Part shown: positions 19,352 through 28,748 of the stretch, piece after piece
Numbering within the stretch: the stretch's first letter is position 1
How the letters are laid out: the number at the start of each line of letters is the position of its first letter
DNA from: Alphaproteobacteria bacterium
GTDB lineage: Bacteria; Pseudomonadota; Alphaproteobacteria; MPNO01
Length of the DNA stretch: 64,000 nt
Direction of reading: 5' to 3'
NCBI GenBank assembly: GCA_965248835.1
Contig: CBDFLJ010000002.1
Span: 1,376,001 to 1,440,000, forward strand
Program-made: the position numbers and the translations under genes
Notes under the pieces: generated by a model
What the model was told of the DNA's origin: nothing
What the model saw: only the letters and a program-made list of their open reading frames with translations
Database searches by the model: none

Positions 19352-20188
19352 ATGAGCAAGAGCTTTGGCGCGCTTTGGCACGACCGGTTCGGCACCGAGG
19401 CGCCGGCGGGCGGCGGCACCAGCCCTGATCCGGCGATCGCCCGGCTGCTCGCCCACCGCACGCACCGGCGCTACACCGACCAGCCGATCGAGCCGGCGAT
19501 GCTCGCGACGCTGTTGGCGGCCGCACTGTCCGCCCCGTCGAAATCCGACCTCCAGCAGGTTTCCATCATCCGCATCAAGGACGTCGCGACGCGCGCAAAA
19601 ATCGCGGCCCTGATCCCCTCGATGCCCTGGATCGGCGCTGCGCCCGAGTTCTTCATCTTCTGCGGCGACAACCGGCGGATCCGCGAGATCTGCCGGATGC
19701 GCGGGCTGGACTACGCCAACGACACGATGGACGCGGTGCTCAACGCGACCATCGATGCCGCGATCGCCATGCAGACGATGATCGCCGCGGCCGAGATCGC
19801 AGGTCTTGGCGCCTGCCCGATCAGCCATGTCCGCGATCACGTCGACACGGTGGCCGAGATCCTGGCGATCCCGGACGGCGTCTTCCCGATCTCCGGGCTG
19901 TGTCTCGGCCATCCCGCCCAGGACGGCTTCATCAGCCTGCGGCTGCCCGCGGAGGTCACCGTGCACACCGACCGCTACGACGATTCCGCGCTCGAGGCGG
20001 AGATCCACGGCTACGACCGCCGCCGCGATGCCCGCTATTCGATCCCGCCGGAGAAGTACAAGCGCACCGAAGCGTTCGGCACGCCGGCGTTCTACGGCTG
20101 GTCCGAGGACAAGGCCCGCCAGATGGCCGTCAACGACGGCCAGACCATGCGCGCCTACCTCGCCGCCAAGGGATTCGCCATCGCGTAG
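19352..20188 (+). CDS. Nitroreductase / NAD(P)H-flavin oxidoreductase (NfsA/FRP-like)
   Basis: HRTHRRY, SAPSKSDLQQ, DAAIA, GLGACPIS, GLCLGHP, RLP; RBS GGGAG before ATG 19352. Confidence 0.85.
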   Translation: MSKSFGALWHDRFGTEAPAGGGTSPDPAIARLLAHRTHRRYTDQPIEPAMLATLLAAALSAPSKSDLQQVSIIRIKDVATRAKIAALIPSMPWIGAAPEFFIFCGDNRRIREICRMRGLDYANDTMDAVLNATIDAAIAMQTMIAAAEIAGLGACPISHVRDHVDTVAEILAIPDGVFPISGLCLGHPAQDGFISLRLPAEVTVHTDRYDDSALEAEIHGYDRRRDARYSIPPEKYKRTEAFGTPAFYGWSEDKARQMAVNDGQTMRAYLAAKGFAIA

Positions 20189-20203
20189 GCGTGCGTGCGC
20201 GGT

Positions 20204-21040
20204 CTACGATCCGTCCAGGAACAGCACTTCCGTCCGCCGCGGCAGATCGCGGAAACTGAGCTCTATCGAGACCGCGCCGTGGCGGCGGACCGGCCATTGC
20301 CTGGCCCGGGCCTGCTCTATGAACGCCTGGACACCGCCCAGCGAGCCGTAATGCATCGGGATGATCAGCACCGGCTTGATCTGGTCGAGCACCTCGAACA
20401 ACTCGCGGTGGCTCATGGTCCACATGCCGTCTATCGGCGCGAACGCGATGTCGATCCGCCCGAGATCGCGGAGCTGGTCCTTGGACAGAACATGGTGCAG
20501 GTGCGAGATGTGGACAACGCACAGGCTCTGGGACTCGATGAGGAACATCGAATTGTTGTTGGTCAGCTTGCCGCCGAGATCGGTGAAATTTGTCGGCACG
20601 TTCCGCACCCGCACGTCCCGGATCGAAAGATTGTGGCGCGCGACTCCGCCCCCGGGATCCCAACCGCGCAGCACGTGGGGGATCGCCTCGTCGGGCTGGT
20701 AGCTGAAATGGGTATCGTGCGCGTTGTTCATCGTCACGATCGTCGGCCGGCGCGGCGGATGGATATAGTCGTTGTAATCGGTGGCGATCCGCACGCCTTG
20801 GGGCGATTCGACCTCGAACGTCGAGTGGCCGATATAGCTGATGCGCAGATGATGCGCCTTGACCGAAGCGGCGGAATAGGCGGCGGGGATGATCCGCGGC
20901 GCACCGTGCGCCATCGGCAGGCAGGCCGCCGACGCCGCACCGGCAAGGCCGATCAGCCCGGCAACGAGCCCCAACGCCTGGACACATCGCGCCAGCCGCG
21001 ATCCCATCGGCATCCTCTCGGCGAACGTCGTCGCATGCAT
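20204..21040 (-). CDS. Secreted MBL-fold metallo-hydrolase-like protein (start uncertain)
   Basis: Signal-peptide-like N-terminus; YIGHSTF, TD, NNAHDTH, HISHLHH, PIDG, IIPMHY. Confidence 0.75.
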   Translation of the reverse strand: MHATTFAERMPMGSRLARCVQALGLVAGLIGLAGAASAACLPMAHGAPRIIPAAYSAASVKAHHLRISYIGHSTFEVESPQGVRIATDYNDYIHPPRRPTIVTMNNAHDTHFSYQPDEAIPHVLRGWDPGGGVARHNLSIRDVRVRNVPTNFTDLGGKLTNNNSMFLIESQSLCVVHISHLHHVLSKDQLRDLGRIDIAFAPIDGMWTMSHRELFEVLDQIKPVLIIPMHYGSLGGVQAFIEQARARQWPVRRHGAVSIELSFRDLPRRTEVLFLDGS

Positions 21041-21161
21041 GGCTCAACCTTACGCCAATCCGGCGCCAAGGCCAGTCTGGAATCGACGCGGCCGGTGCCC
21101 GGCCCGCCGATTGCGCACGCTGCCGTGCTGGGCGAGACTGTTGGTGGAAACGACGGCATCA

Positions 21162-21842
21162 ATGGCGAAAAAGCCTGATCATCTGGGCCACCGGGCGCGT
21201 CTTAGGGAGCGCTTCCGGTCGGGCGGCGGCGATGCGCTGGCCGATTACGAACTACTCGAACTGTTGCTGTTCCAGGCGATCCCGCGCCAGGACACCAAGC
21301 CGGTCGCCAAGGCGCTGTTGCGCCGGTTCGGAACTTATGCGGCCGTCTTGCGCGCCGAGCCCGCGGCGTTGGGCGAGGTCGAGGGTATCGGCGAGGCCGC
21401 TGTGGTGGCGATCAAGACCGTTGCGGTCGCAGCCGAACGGCTTGCCCGGCAGGAGGTGATGGACCTGCCGGTGCTGAACTCCTGGGACGCTCTGGTGGCC
21501 TATCTGCGCGTCAAGATGGCTCATCAGAAGACTGAAAGCTTCCGGATCCTCTTCCTCGACACCAAGAACCGCCTGATCGCAGACGAAGAACAGCAGCGCG
21601 GCACCGTCAACCACACCCCGCTCTACCCGCGCGAGGTCATGAAACGCGCGCTCGATCTGGCGGCAAGCGCGGTGATCCTGGTCCACAACCACCCCTCGGG
21701 CGACCCGAGCCCGTCCAAGGCCGATATCAAATTGACCAAGGAGGTGCGCGACCTCGGCGCCGGGATGGGTGTGGTTGTCCACGACCACGTGATCGTGGCG
21801 CGCGGAGGGCACACCAGCTTTCGCTCGATGGGCCTGCTTTAG
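21162..21842 (+). CDS. radC: RadC-family JAB-domain protein
   Basis: GHRARLRERF, DYELLELLL, GTVNH..YPREV, HNHPSGDP.PS.AD, HDHVI. Confidence 0.93.
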   Translation: MAKKPDHLGHRARLRERFRSGGGDALADYELLELLLFQAIPRQDTKPVAKALLRRFGTYAAVLRAEPAALGEVEGIGEAAVVAIKTVAVAAERLARQEVMDLPVLNSWDALVAYLRVKMAHQKTESFRILFLDTKNRLIADEEQQRGTVNHTPLYPREVMKRALDLAASAVILVHNHPSGDPSPSKADIKLTKEVRDLGAGMGVVVHDHVIVARGGHTSFRSMGLL

Positions 21843-21923
21843 ACGCACCGCAAAGGGGCGGCCGCGGCCCCTGGTTGTGTATAACGCACGCGGTGTCGAT
21901 GCGGGCGAGGAGACCGGAGAGCG

Positions 21924-23060
21924 ATGTCGTTCAACGTCGCGGTGATCGGCGGCGGGCCGGCCGGGCTCTATTTCAGCTTCCTGCTCAAACGCAGGCGGCC
22001 GGATGCGGTGGTGCGGATCTGGGAGCAGAACCCGAGCAACGCGACGTTCGGTTTCGGCGTGGTGTTCTCCGACCGGGCGCTGGAGTTCCTGCGCGAGGAC
22101 GACGAGGACACCTACGCCTTTCTCCAACCGCATATCGAGACCTGGCCGGACCTCAAGATCGTCCATCGCGACGCCGCGGTCCCCATCGACGGCAACGGCT
22201 TCGCCGCGATCGGCCGGCTCGAACTGTTGCGGCTCTTCCATCGGCGCTGCGCCGCCCAGGGCGTAGAGATCACCTTCGAGCATCCGGTGGGCGCCGACGG
22301 GCCGCGGCAGGAGGCCGACCTGGTGGTCGCTGCCGACGGGGTCAACTCGGTGGTCCGCGCGAGCCTCGGCGCGGCTTTCGAGACGACCGTCTCGGAACGC
22401 TCGAACCGGTTCGTGTGGTACGGGACCACCAAGGTTTTCGATACGTTGAGCCTGACCTTCCGGCGCGGCGCGGACGGGGCTTTCGTCGCCCATCATTACC
22501 GCTACAGCCCGACGATGAGCACCTTCATCGTGGAGTGCGACGAGGCGACCTGGCACCGCGCCGGGTTCGCGGCGATGAGCGATGCCGAAAGCCGCGCGTA
22601 TTGCGAGCGGGTCTTCGCGCCCGATCTCGACGGCCAGAAGCTGATTTCGAACAAATCGCTCTGGCGCCAGTTCCCGGTTATCTGGAACGCGCGATGGAGC
22701 GCCGGAACCGTCGTGCTGCTGGGCGATGCGCTGCGGACCTGCCATTTTTCCATCGGCTCGGGCACCAGGCTCGCGATGGAGGACGCGATCGCGCTCGACC
22801 GGGCGCTGGCCGCGGCCAAGGACGCGGTGCCCGAAGGGCTCGCCCGTTTCGAGGCCGCCCGTCGCCCGCCGGTCGAAAAGATCGTCGCCGCAGCCAACCT
22901 CAGCGCCGGCTGGTACGAGCGCATCGACCAGACAATGGCACAGTCTCCGGAAGAGTTCGCCTACGACTACATGACCCGTACCGGCCGGGTGAGCGATCAG
23001 CGCTTGAGCGCCATCGCGCCACGATTCATGGCCCGCTACCTGGCAAGGCCGCAAAGCTGA
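21924..23060 (+). CDS. FAD-dependent monooxygenase (related to the salicylyl-CoA 5-hydroxylase N-terminal domain)
   Basis: GGGPAG, TFGFGVVFSD, ADG.NS, STFIVEC, LLGDA..HFSIGSGTRLAMEDA. Confidence 0.85.
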   Translation: MSFNVAVIGGGPAGLYFSFLLKRRRPDAVVRIWEQNPSNATFGFGVVFSDRALEFLREDDEDTYAFLQPHIETWPDLKIVHRDAAVPIDGNGFAAIGRLELLRLFHRRCAAQGVEITFEHPVGADGPRQEADLVVAADGVNSVVRASLGAAFETTVSERSNRFVWYGTTKVFDTLSLTFRRGADGAFVAHHYRYSPTMSTFIVECDEATWHRAGFAAMSDAESRAYCERVFAPDLDGQKLISNKSLWRQFPVIWNARWSAGTVVLLGDALRTCHFSIGSGTRLAMEDAIALDRALAAAKDAVPEGLARFEAARRPPVEKIVAAANLSAGWYERIDQTMAQSPEEFAYDYMTRTGRVSDQRLSAIAPRFMARYLARPQS

Positions 23061-23117
23061 GGCGGCACCGCCCAACCGCAACGCATCACGGCCGGGCGCG
23101 CCACGCCGTTGCCGCGT

Positions 23118-23963
23118 TCAGGGCTCGAACAGGAGATAGGTGCGGGTCTCGATGCTCTCGCGCGGCGGGTCGATCGAGCTCTGATCCGGCAGGCGGAAGG
23201 CGCCGTGCGGGGTGAACCGCGCGCGCCCGTCATCGAGACTGTCCCAGCCCTTGATCAGCAGCACCTCGTCGCGACGCATCGCGGGCGCCCAGTACCAGCG
23301 TTGTCCCGGTCCGTGGGCGACCTGGTAGATCTCGCCGACCCGGTCGGGAAAGACCTGCTCGGTGGCGACAAACGCCTCGTCGGCCACCGAGCCGGCGTCA
23401 GCCACCGCCAGCGGGGTGCGCCGGACCGGCCCGGAGATCGGGCGCCAGACATTGACTTGAACGATCCGCCCGCCGCCGCCGATGACGCGATCGAACAGCG
23501 CGGCGTCCAACACTTCGCGCGCCCGCACCGGGCCCGATTCGGTCGTGTAGTCGACATGGACGCGCTCGGCCGGGCCGCGCAGCCCGTCCGGGTTGGCCGC
23601 GCCCTCGCTGCGATCGGAACGGCGCGTATGATCGAAGACCACGACCCGGTCCGCCTCGGCATAGGCCTTCAACAACCCCTCGATCTCGGGATTGTAGACG
23701 TCGAGGATCGCCGCGTCGTCGTAGAGGTCATCCACCGCGGTCGCGTGGGACAGCAGCACGAATCCCTGGCGGTCGATTGACAGCGTCGGGGCGATCGGGC
23801 GCATGTCGCGGATGCTGACCGTGCGGTCCTCGACATCGAAAAAGATCTCCGGCGTCCCGCCGGTCAGCGCCGAGCTATGGAAATAGGGCTTGGTCTCTTG
23901 CGGTACGATGAAGGTGAGCGGCGCCCGGACGTCTTGCGCCCCGGCTTGTGTCGGCGGGCTCAT
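23118..23963 (-). CDS. CmcJ/NvfI-family oxidoreductase (putative Fe(II)/2-oxoglutarate oxygenase)
   Basis: FDHTRR, RVHVDYT, QVNVWRPI..P...PLA, WYW.P.M, FTPHGAF, RESIETR. Confidence 0.75.
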   Translation of the reverse strand: MSPPTQAGAQDVRAPLTFIVPQETKPYFHSSALTGGTPEIFFDVEDRTVSIRDMRPIAPTLSIDRQGFVLLSHATAVDDLYDDAAILDVYNPEIEGLLKAYAEADRVVVFDHTRRSDRSEGAANPDGLRGPAERVHVDYTTESGPVRAREVLDAALFDRVIGGGGRIVQVNVWRPISGPVRRTPLAVADAGSVADEAFVATEQVFPDRVGEIYQVAHGPGQRWYWAPAMRRDEVLLIKGWDSLDDGRARFTPHGAFRLPDQSSIDPPRESIETRTYLLFEP

Positions 23964-24160
23964 GCAACGGCTTCCCTGCTGTCGATCGCCGCAGCTTGGT
24001 CCCCGCCGACCGGTTTGTCCACACGCAAGGAAGTGATCCGGCTCAGAATCCATTTGCCCGGTCGGCTGCGCACGTCTATCGAAAATCGACTCCGACCCCG
24101 ATTAACGCGATGCGCGCGCCATCGTCGGGCGGGGCTTTTGATCCCGAACCCGCAGCCGTA

Positions 24161-24859
24161 TCAGCCCTCATCCGTCATCGCGATCACAGTCGGCTGGATT
24201 TCGGCGAACGCGGTGACGATCCGGTGGGCGCCGGCGGCCTGCAGCTCGGCGACCGCGTGGACGCCCCAGTTCACCCCGACCGCGCCGGCGCCGGCATTGA
24301 TCGCCATTTCGACATCGAAGGTGGTATCGCCGATCATCACCGTCTCGGCCGCGGCTGCGCCGACATCGGCCATCGCCTGGAGCAGCAGGTAGGGGGCGGG
24401 CTTGCCGGGGCCCATGTCGGCGGTCTTGACCACGCAGAAATGATCACTGATCTGGTGGGCTTCGAGCAGATCGAACAGACGGCCCCCCGACCGGCTGGTC
24501 ACGATACCGAGCACGTAGTCGTCTTCTTCCAGGGCACGCAGCGTCTCGCGCGCACCGGGGAAAAGCGTCTCGCGTCGTGCCGGACGGCTTCGGCGGCCCA
24601 GCCTTACGTCTTCGTAATAGGCACGGATCCGCTCGAACTCGCTGGGCCCCGCGTCAGGCAGCAGAGCGATCACGCTCTCTTCCCAGGGCAGCCCGATGAT
24701 TCGGCGGACCGCGTCGGTGTCGGGCATGGGAAACCCGCAGGCCTCCCAGCACGCGCACACGCCCTCGACGATCGAGGCCGCGCTGTCGAGCAGCGTCCCG
24801 TCGAGGTCGAAGGCGGCAAAACGAATGTTGCGACCGCTGAACAAAACCACCCGCTGCAC
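24161..24859 (-). CDS. HAD-superfamily hydrolase (phosphoglycolate phosphatase-like; start uncertain)
   Basis: FDLDGTLLDS, GKPAP, MIGDTTFD.EMA, GVNWG.H. Confidence 0.88.
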   Translation of the reverse strand: MQRVVLFSGRNIRFAAFDLDGTLLDSAASIVEGVCACWEACGFPMPDTDAVRRIIGLPWEESVIALLPDAGPSEFERIRAYYEDVRLGRRSRPARRETLFPGARETLRALEEDDYVLGIVTSRSGGRLFDLLEAHQISDHFCVVKTADMGPGKPAPYLLLQAMADVGAAAAETVMIGDTTFDVEMAINAGAGAVGVNWGVHAVAELQAAGAHRIVTAFAEIQPTVIAMTDEG

Positions 24860-24865
24860 CTTCGG

Positions 24866-25855
24866 CTAGAACGGACTGTCAAACGTAAACGGGGCGATAT
24901 CGCGGCCGAACTCCTCGGCGAAGCCGTAGAACGACCACTGGGCGCGCATCGCCGCGTCGAGCGGCGCGGCAACCGTCACCGCGCCGCCGGCTTCGCGCGG
25001 GATGTGCAAGCGTCTGGCATGCAGCATCAGGCGCCCGACAACCGGCCGGCCGTCGGGCTGCGGACCCGGGCGGCCGTATTTGCGGTCCCCCAGGATCGGC
25101 GTGCCGAGTGCCCGGCAATGCACGCGAAGCTGGTGGGTCCGGCCGGTCCGAGGTGCCAGCGACAGCCACGAGACGACATCGCGGACGGAATCGATGACCG
25201 CATAGTCCGTCCGCGCCGGCTTGCCGTCCTGTTCATCGGCCATGACCTGCTCGCGCCCATCGGGATCGATGGGCTTTTTAGCGAGCGCCAGGTCGAGCGT
25301 GCCGCGTTCGGGGTGTGGCACGCCGGCGACCAGCGCCCAGTATTCCTTGACGATCAGGCCGTCGCGGAACGCACCGACCAAAACGGAGGCGGTTTTGCGG
25401 TCGCGGGCAAGCACCAGGACGCCGCTGGTCGCCTTGTCCAGCCTGTGAACCAGGCGGGGGCGTTCATCGGCCCCGAAGCGAAGCCCCTCGAGCATTCCGT
25501 CGACCGATTCCCCGACCTTGGAGCCGCCCTGGACTGCGAGCCCGGCCGGTTTATCGATCGCGATGATGTGCTCGTCACGGTAGAGCACCAGGTTCCGGAT
25601 GAACGCCCGCTCCGCTTCGCCCAGTCTTTCCTCGCTCGCCGGCGTATCGAGGAGGCTCGGCGGGAGGCGGATCTGCTGGCCGGCGGCAAGCCGCGCGGAG
25701 GCTTTCGCCCGTCCGCCGTCCAGACGCACCTGGCCGGTGCGCAGCAGCTTCTCCAGCCTTCCGTGGCCCAGCGCCGGATAATGGCGCTTGAACCAGCGGT
25801 CGAGCCGGATGTCGGCATCGCCGGCCGCGACGGTCAGCGTGCGCGCCCGGCTCAT
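24866..25855 (-). CDS. RluA-family (RluC-like) pseudouridine synthase
   Basis: S4-like RLDRW; DKPAGLAVQGG; VHRLDKATSG; TGRTHQLRVH; ILGD.KYG; LHA. Confidence 0.92.
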   Translation of the reverse strand: MSRARTLTVAAGDADIRLDRWFKRHYPALGHGRLEKLLRTGQVRLDGGRAKASARLAAGQQIRLPPSLLDTPASEERLGEAERAFIRNLVLYRDEHIIAIDKPAGLAVQGGSKVGESVDGMLEGLRFGADERPRLVHRLDKATSGVLVLARDRKTASVLVGAFRDGLIVKEYWALVAGVPHPERGTLDLALAKKPIDPDGREQVMADEQDGKPARTDYAVIDSVRDVVSWLSLAPRTGRTHQLRVHCRALGTPILGDRKYGRPGPQPDGRPVVGRLMLHARRLHIPREAGGAVTVAAPLDAAMRAQWSFYGFAEEFGRDIAPFTFDSPF

Positions 25856-25988
25856 CCGGGCACCGACCGGGTGAGCCGCAGCCCGGCGATCAGCAACGCC
25901 CGCAGCATCCAGGCTTCCTCCGCCGCCAGGGCGAGCGTCTCGGCAGGCGCACCCGCGCCCCGCCGGGCACAATTGCGGCCGGGCGCAT
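25852..25988 (-). pseudogene. crcB: Probable remnant of the fluoride channel gene crcB/fluC (internally deleted and frameshifted)
   Basis: 137 nt between rarA and the RluA gene. ATG overlaps the rarA stop (TGATG) and TGA overlaps the RluA start (ATGA). Two frames give MRPAAIVPGGA and AETLALAAEEAWMLRALLIAGLRLTRSVPG*. crcB commonly occupies this position in alphaproteobacteria. Confidence 0.55.
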
Positions 25989-27289
25989 CATCGCGGCCGC
26001 TTGCGCCGTTCCGCCCACGCCTTCAGACGTTCGGCGAGCCGGGCTTCCTCGCCGCGCCCGGTCGGCACGAAATAGGTCTCCGGCACCATCTCGTCGGGGA
26101 AATAGTTGTCGCCGGAAAACCCTTCGGACGTGTCGTGGTCATAGGTGTAACCGGCGCCGTAGCCGAGATCCTTCATCAGCGCGGTCGGCGCGTTGAGAAT
26201 GTGGGCCGGCGGCATCAGCGAGCCGGTGCGTCTGGCCGCCTCGCCGGCCGCACCGAACGCCCGGTAGAGCGCGTTGGATTTGGGCGCAGCGGCGAGATAG
26301 ACCACCGACTGGGCAATTGCCAGCTCGCCCTCCGGCGAGCCGAGCCGTTCATAGGTCTGCCAGCCGGCGAGCGCCTGGACCAGCGCGCCGGGATCGGCCA
26401 GCCCGATATCCTCGGTCGCGAGCCGGGTCAGCCGCCGGGCGATGTAACGCGGATCCTCGCCGCCTTCGAGCATGCGGGCCAGCCAGTAGAGCGCCGCATC
26501 GACATCGGAGCCGCGGATTGCCTTGTGCAGCGCGCTGATCAGGTTGTAATGCCCGTCCTGGGACTTGTCGTAGAGCGGCGCCCGGCGCTGGACCAGAGCC
26601 GACAGAGCGGCGACATCGAGCGGCCGGTCGCTGGGTTGGCCAAAGACGGCATCGGCAAGGTTCAGCGCGTAGCGCCCATCGCCGTCGGCCATCTCGCATA
26701 GCGCCCGCCGCGCCTGGCCGTCGACCGGCAGGGCGCGGCCCATCTCGGCCTCGGCACGGACAAGCAGCGCCTCCAACGCCGCGTGGTCGAGCCGCGCCAG
26801 GACGAAGACCTGGCAGCGCGACAGCAGCGCTCCGTTGAGCTCGAAGGACGGGTTCTCGGTGGTCGCGCCGACCAGCGTGACCGTCCCGTCCTCGACATAG
26901 GGCAGGAACCCGTCCTGCTGGGCGCGGTTGAAGCGGTGGATCTCATCGACGAACAACAGCGTGCCCTGCCCCGCCGAGCGGTGGCCGCGCGCCTGCTCGA
27001 AAATCCGCCGGAGATCGGCGACACCGGAAAAGACCGCCGAAAGCGGCTCGAAGTGAAGCGCCGTCACATCGGCCAGCAGCCGCGCAATGGTCGTCTTCCC
27101 CGAGCCCGGCGGCCCCCAAAGGATCATCGAGGCGAGCTTGTTCTCGGCCAGCATCCGGCCGACCGGCCCGTCCGGGCCGAGCAGGTGGTCCTGGCCCAGC
27201 ACATCGGCGAGGCTTGTCGGGCGCAAGCGGTCGGCGAGCGGCCGCGGCGCTTGGGCTTCGAACAGACCGGGGCTCGAGTCGGCGGCCAT
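25988..27289 (-). CDS. rarA: Replication-associated recombination protein A
   Basis: PLADRLRP, WGPPGSGKTT, LFVDEIHRFN, GATTENPSF, ISALHKAIRGSD, EDIGLADP. Confidence 0.95.
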   Translation of the reverse strand: MAADSSPGLFEAQAPRPLADRLRPTSLADVLGQDHLLGPDGPVGRMLAENKLASMILWGPPGSGKTTIARLLADVTALHFEPLSAVFSGVADLRRIFEQARGHRSAGQGTLLFVDEIHRFNRAQQDGFLPYVEDGTVTLVGATTENPSFELNGALLSRCQVFVLARLDHAALEALLVRAEAEMGRALPVDGQARRALCEMADGDGRYALNLADAVFGQPSDRPLDVAALSALVQRRAPLYDKSQDGHYNLISALHKAIRGSDVDAALYWLARMLEGGEDPRYIARRLTRLATEDIGLADPGALVQALAGWQTYERLGSPEGELAIAQSVVYLAAAPKSNALYRAFGAAGEAARRTGSLMPPAHILNAPTALMKDLGYGAGYTYDHDTSEGFSGDNYFPDEMVPETYFVPTGRGEEARLAERLKAWAERRKRPR

Positions 27290-27292
27290 CGA

Positions 27293-28702
27293 TCAGGTCC
27301 CGAACACGACGGAAATGGTCTCGCCTTCGCGTCGTATCGCCATGTGCCAGCGCTCGGCAGGCCTGGACAGCAGCGCGCGCAGCCCCGCGACCGAGCGCGG
27401 CTCGCGTCCGTTGATCCTGAGCAGGATGTCACCGGGGCGGAAGTCGAGCCTGGCCGCGGTGCTGCGCGGCGGTATTTTGATGACCACCGCCTTGTCGGGA
27501 ATCGCCTCGATTTTCAGCTCCTCGGCCACCGCCGGCGAGAGATTGGCGACCGTGGCGCCGGACAGGGGGTGCTGACCGGTGAGCGCGGTGAGATTGCGCG
27601 GCGGGATCTCCGGCGCGCTCATGACCGAAAGCCTCAAGGTCTGCGCGCGGCCGCCGCGCAAGATCGAAAGCCGGGCGGTCGCGCCCAGCCTCAAGGTCGC
27701 GATCCTGAAGGACAGGCCGGCGCGGTCATCGATCGGCCGCCCGTCGACCGCGGTGATCACATCGCCTTGGCGCAGCCCCGCCTCATCGGCCGGGCCGCCG
27801 CGCCAGACATCGCGGACGATGACCCCGACCGGCCGGTCGAGTCCCAAAGACGCGCCGATCTCGGCGGTGACGTCCTGGGTCGTGGCTCCGAGCCACGGCC
27901 GGACGACCTTGCCCTGCCGGTCGATCGCATCGATCACCGACGCGACCATGTTCGAGGGGATGGCGAAGCCGATACCGATCGAGCCGCCGCTGCGCGAATA
28001 GATCGCGGTGTTGATGCCTACCAGGCGGCCGTCCATGGACACCAGCGCGCCGCCGGAATTGCCCGGGTTGATGGCCGCATCGGTCTGGATGAAGAAGCTG
28101 AAATCCGACACGCCGGCCGCCGTGCGCGCCATCGCCGAGACGATCCCGCTGGTCACGGTCTGGCCGACCCCGAAGGGGTTGCCGATCGCCAACACGAGGT
28201 CGCCGACTTCGAGATTGTCGGAATCCCGGAGCGCCAGGTAGGGAAGGCGCTCTCGGCCCGGATCGATTCGCAGCACCGCCAGATCGGTCCGCTCGTCGGA
28301 GCCCACCAGCCGCGCATCGAACTCCCGACGGTCGGCAAGCACGACGGTGATGCTGCTGGCCTGCTTGATGACATGATGGTTGGTCACCACAAGCCCGTCG
28401 GGCCGGACGACCACGCCGGAGCCGAGCGCGTTCTCCACCCGCTCGCGCGGCCCGCCGAAGGAGAGGCCCTCATCGAAAAAGCGCCGGAAGAACGGGTCGT
28501 TGAACAGCGGCGAAAACGGCGCACTGCGGACCACCCGCTTGGCGTAGATGTTGACCACCGCCGGCGCAGCCTGCTTGACCAGCGGCGCGAAGGAAAGCCG
28601 GATCTCTTCGCGGTCGACAGGCATCCGCTTCTGCGCTCCGGCATCGGTGCCGGCGAGCGCGGCGAGGGCCGCCAATACGAAGATTGCGGGCAAACGGATC
28701 AT
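27293..28702 (-). CDS. Do/DegP-family periplasmic serine protease with two PDZ domains
   Basis: Signal peptide from ATG 28702; LGSGV, TNHHV, DLAVL, QTDAAINPGNSGG, GIGFAIP. Confidence 0.92.
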   Translation of the reverse strand: MIRLPAIFVLAALAALAGTDAGAQKRMPVDREEIRLSFAPLVKQAAPAVVNIYAKRVVRSAPFSPLFNDPFFRRFFDEGLSFGGPRERVENALGSGVVVRPDGLVVTNHHVIKQASSITVVLADRREFDARLVGSDERTDLAVLRIDPGRERLPYLALRDSDNLEVGDLVLAIGNPFGVGQTVTSGIVSAMARTAAGVSDFSFFIQTDAAINPGNSGGALVSMDGRLVGINTAIYSRSGGSIGIGFAIPSNMVASVIDAIDRQGKVVRPWLGATTQDVTAEIGASLGLDRPVGVIVRDVWRGGPADEAGLRQGDVITAVDGRPIDDRAGLSFRIATLRLGATARLSILRGGRAQTLRLSVMSAPEIPPRNLTALTGQHPLSGATVANLSPAVAEELKIEAIPDKAVVIKIPPRSTAARLDFRPGDILLRINGREPRSVAGLRALLSRPAERWHMAIRREGETISVVFGT

Positions 28703-28748
28703 CGGCGCACCATGCCGCGCCGCCGGCCGATTGAAAAGAGGTCGGGCC

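Noticed and set aside
18458-20188. 576-aa ORF suggesting a map-nitroreductase fusion or frameshift
   Set aside because: The upstream part is an off-frame, Arg-rich shadow of map. The nitroreductase has its own RBS and ATG at 19352.
19352-20188. Nitroreductase as the missing dehydro-F420 reductase (FbiE)
   Set aside because: It lies 17 kb from the cof genes and looks like an NfsA/FRP-type enzyme; nothing in the sequence links it to F420.
21162-21842. radC as a marker of a mobile element
   Set aside because: It is the full-length chromosomal type near map; no integrase, transposase or att repeats were seen.
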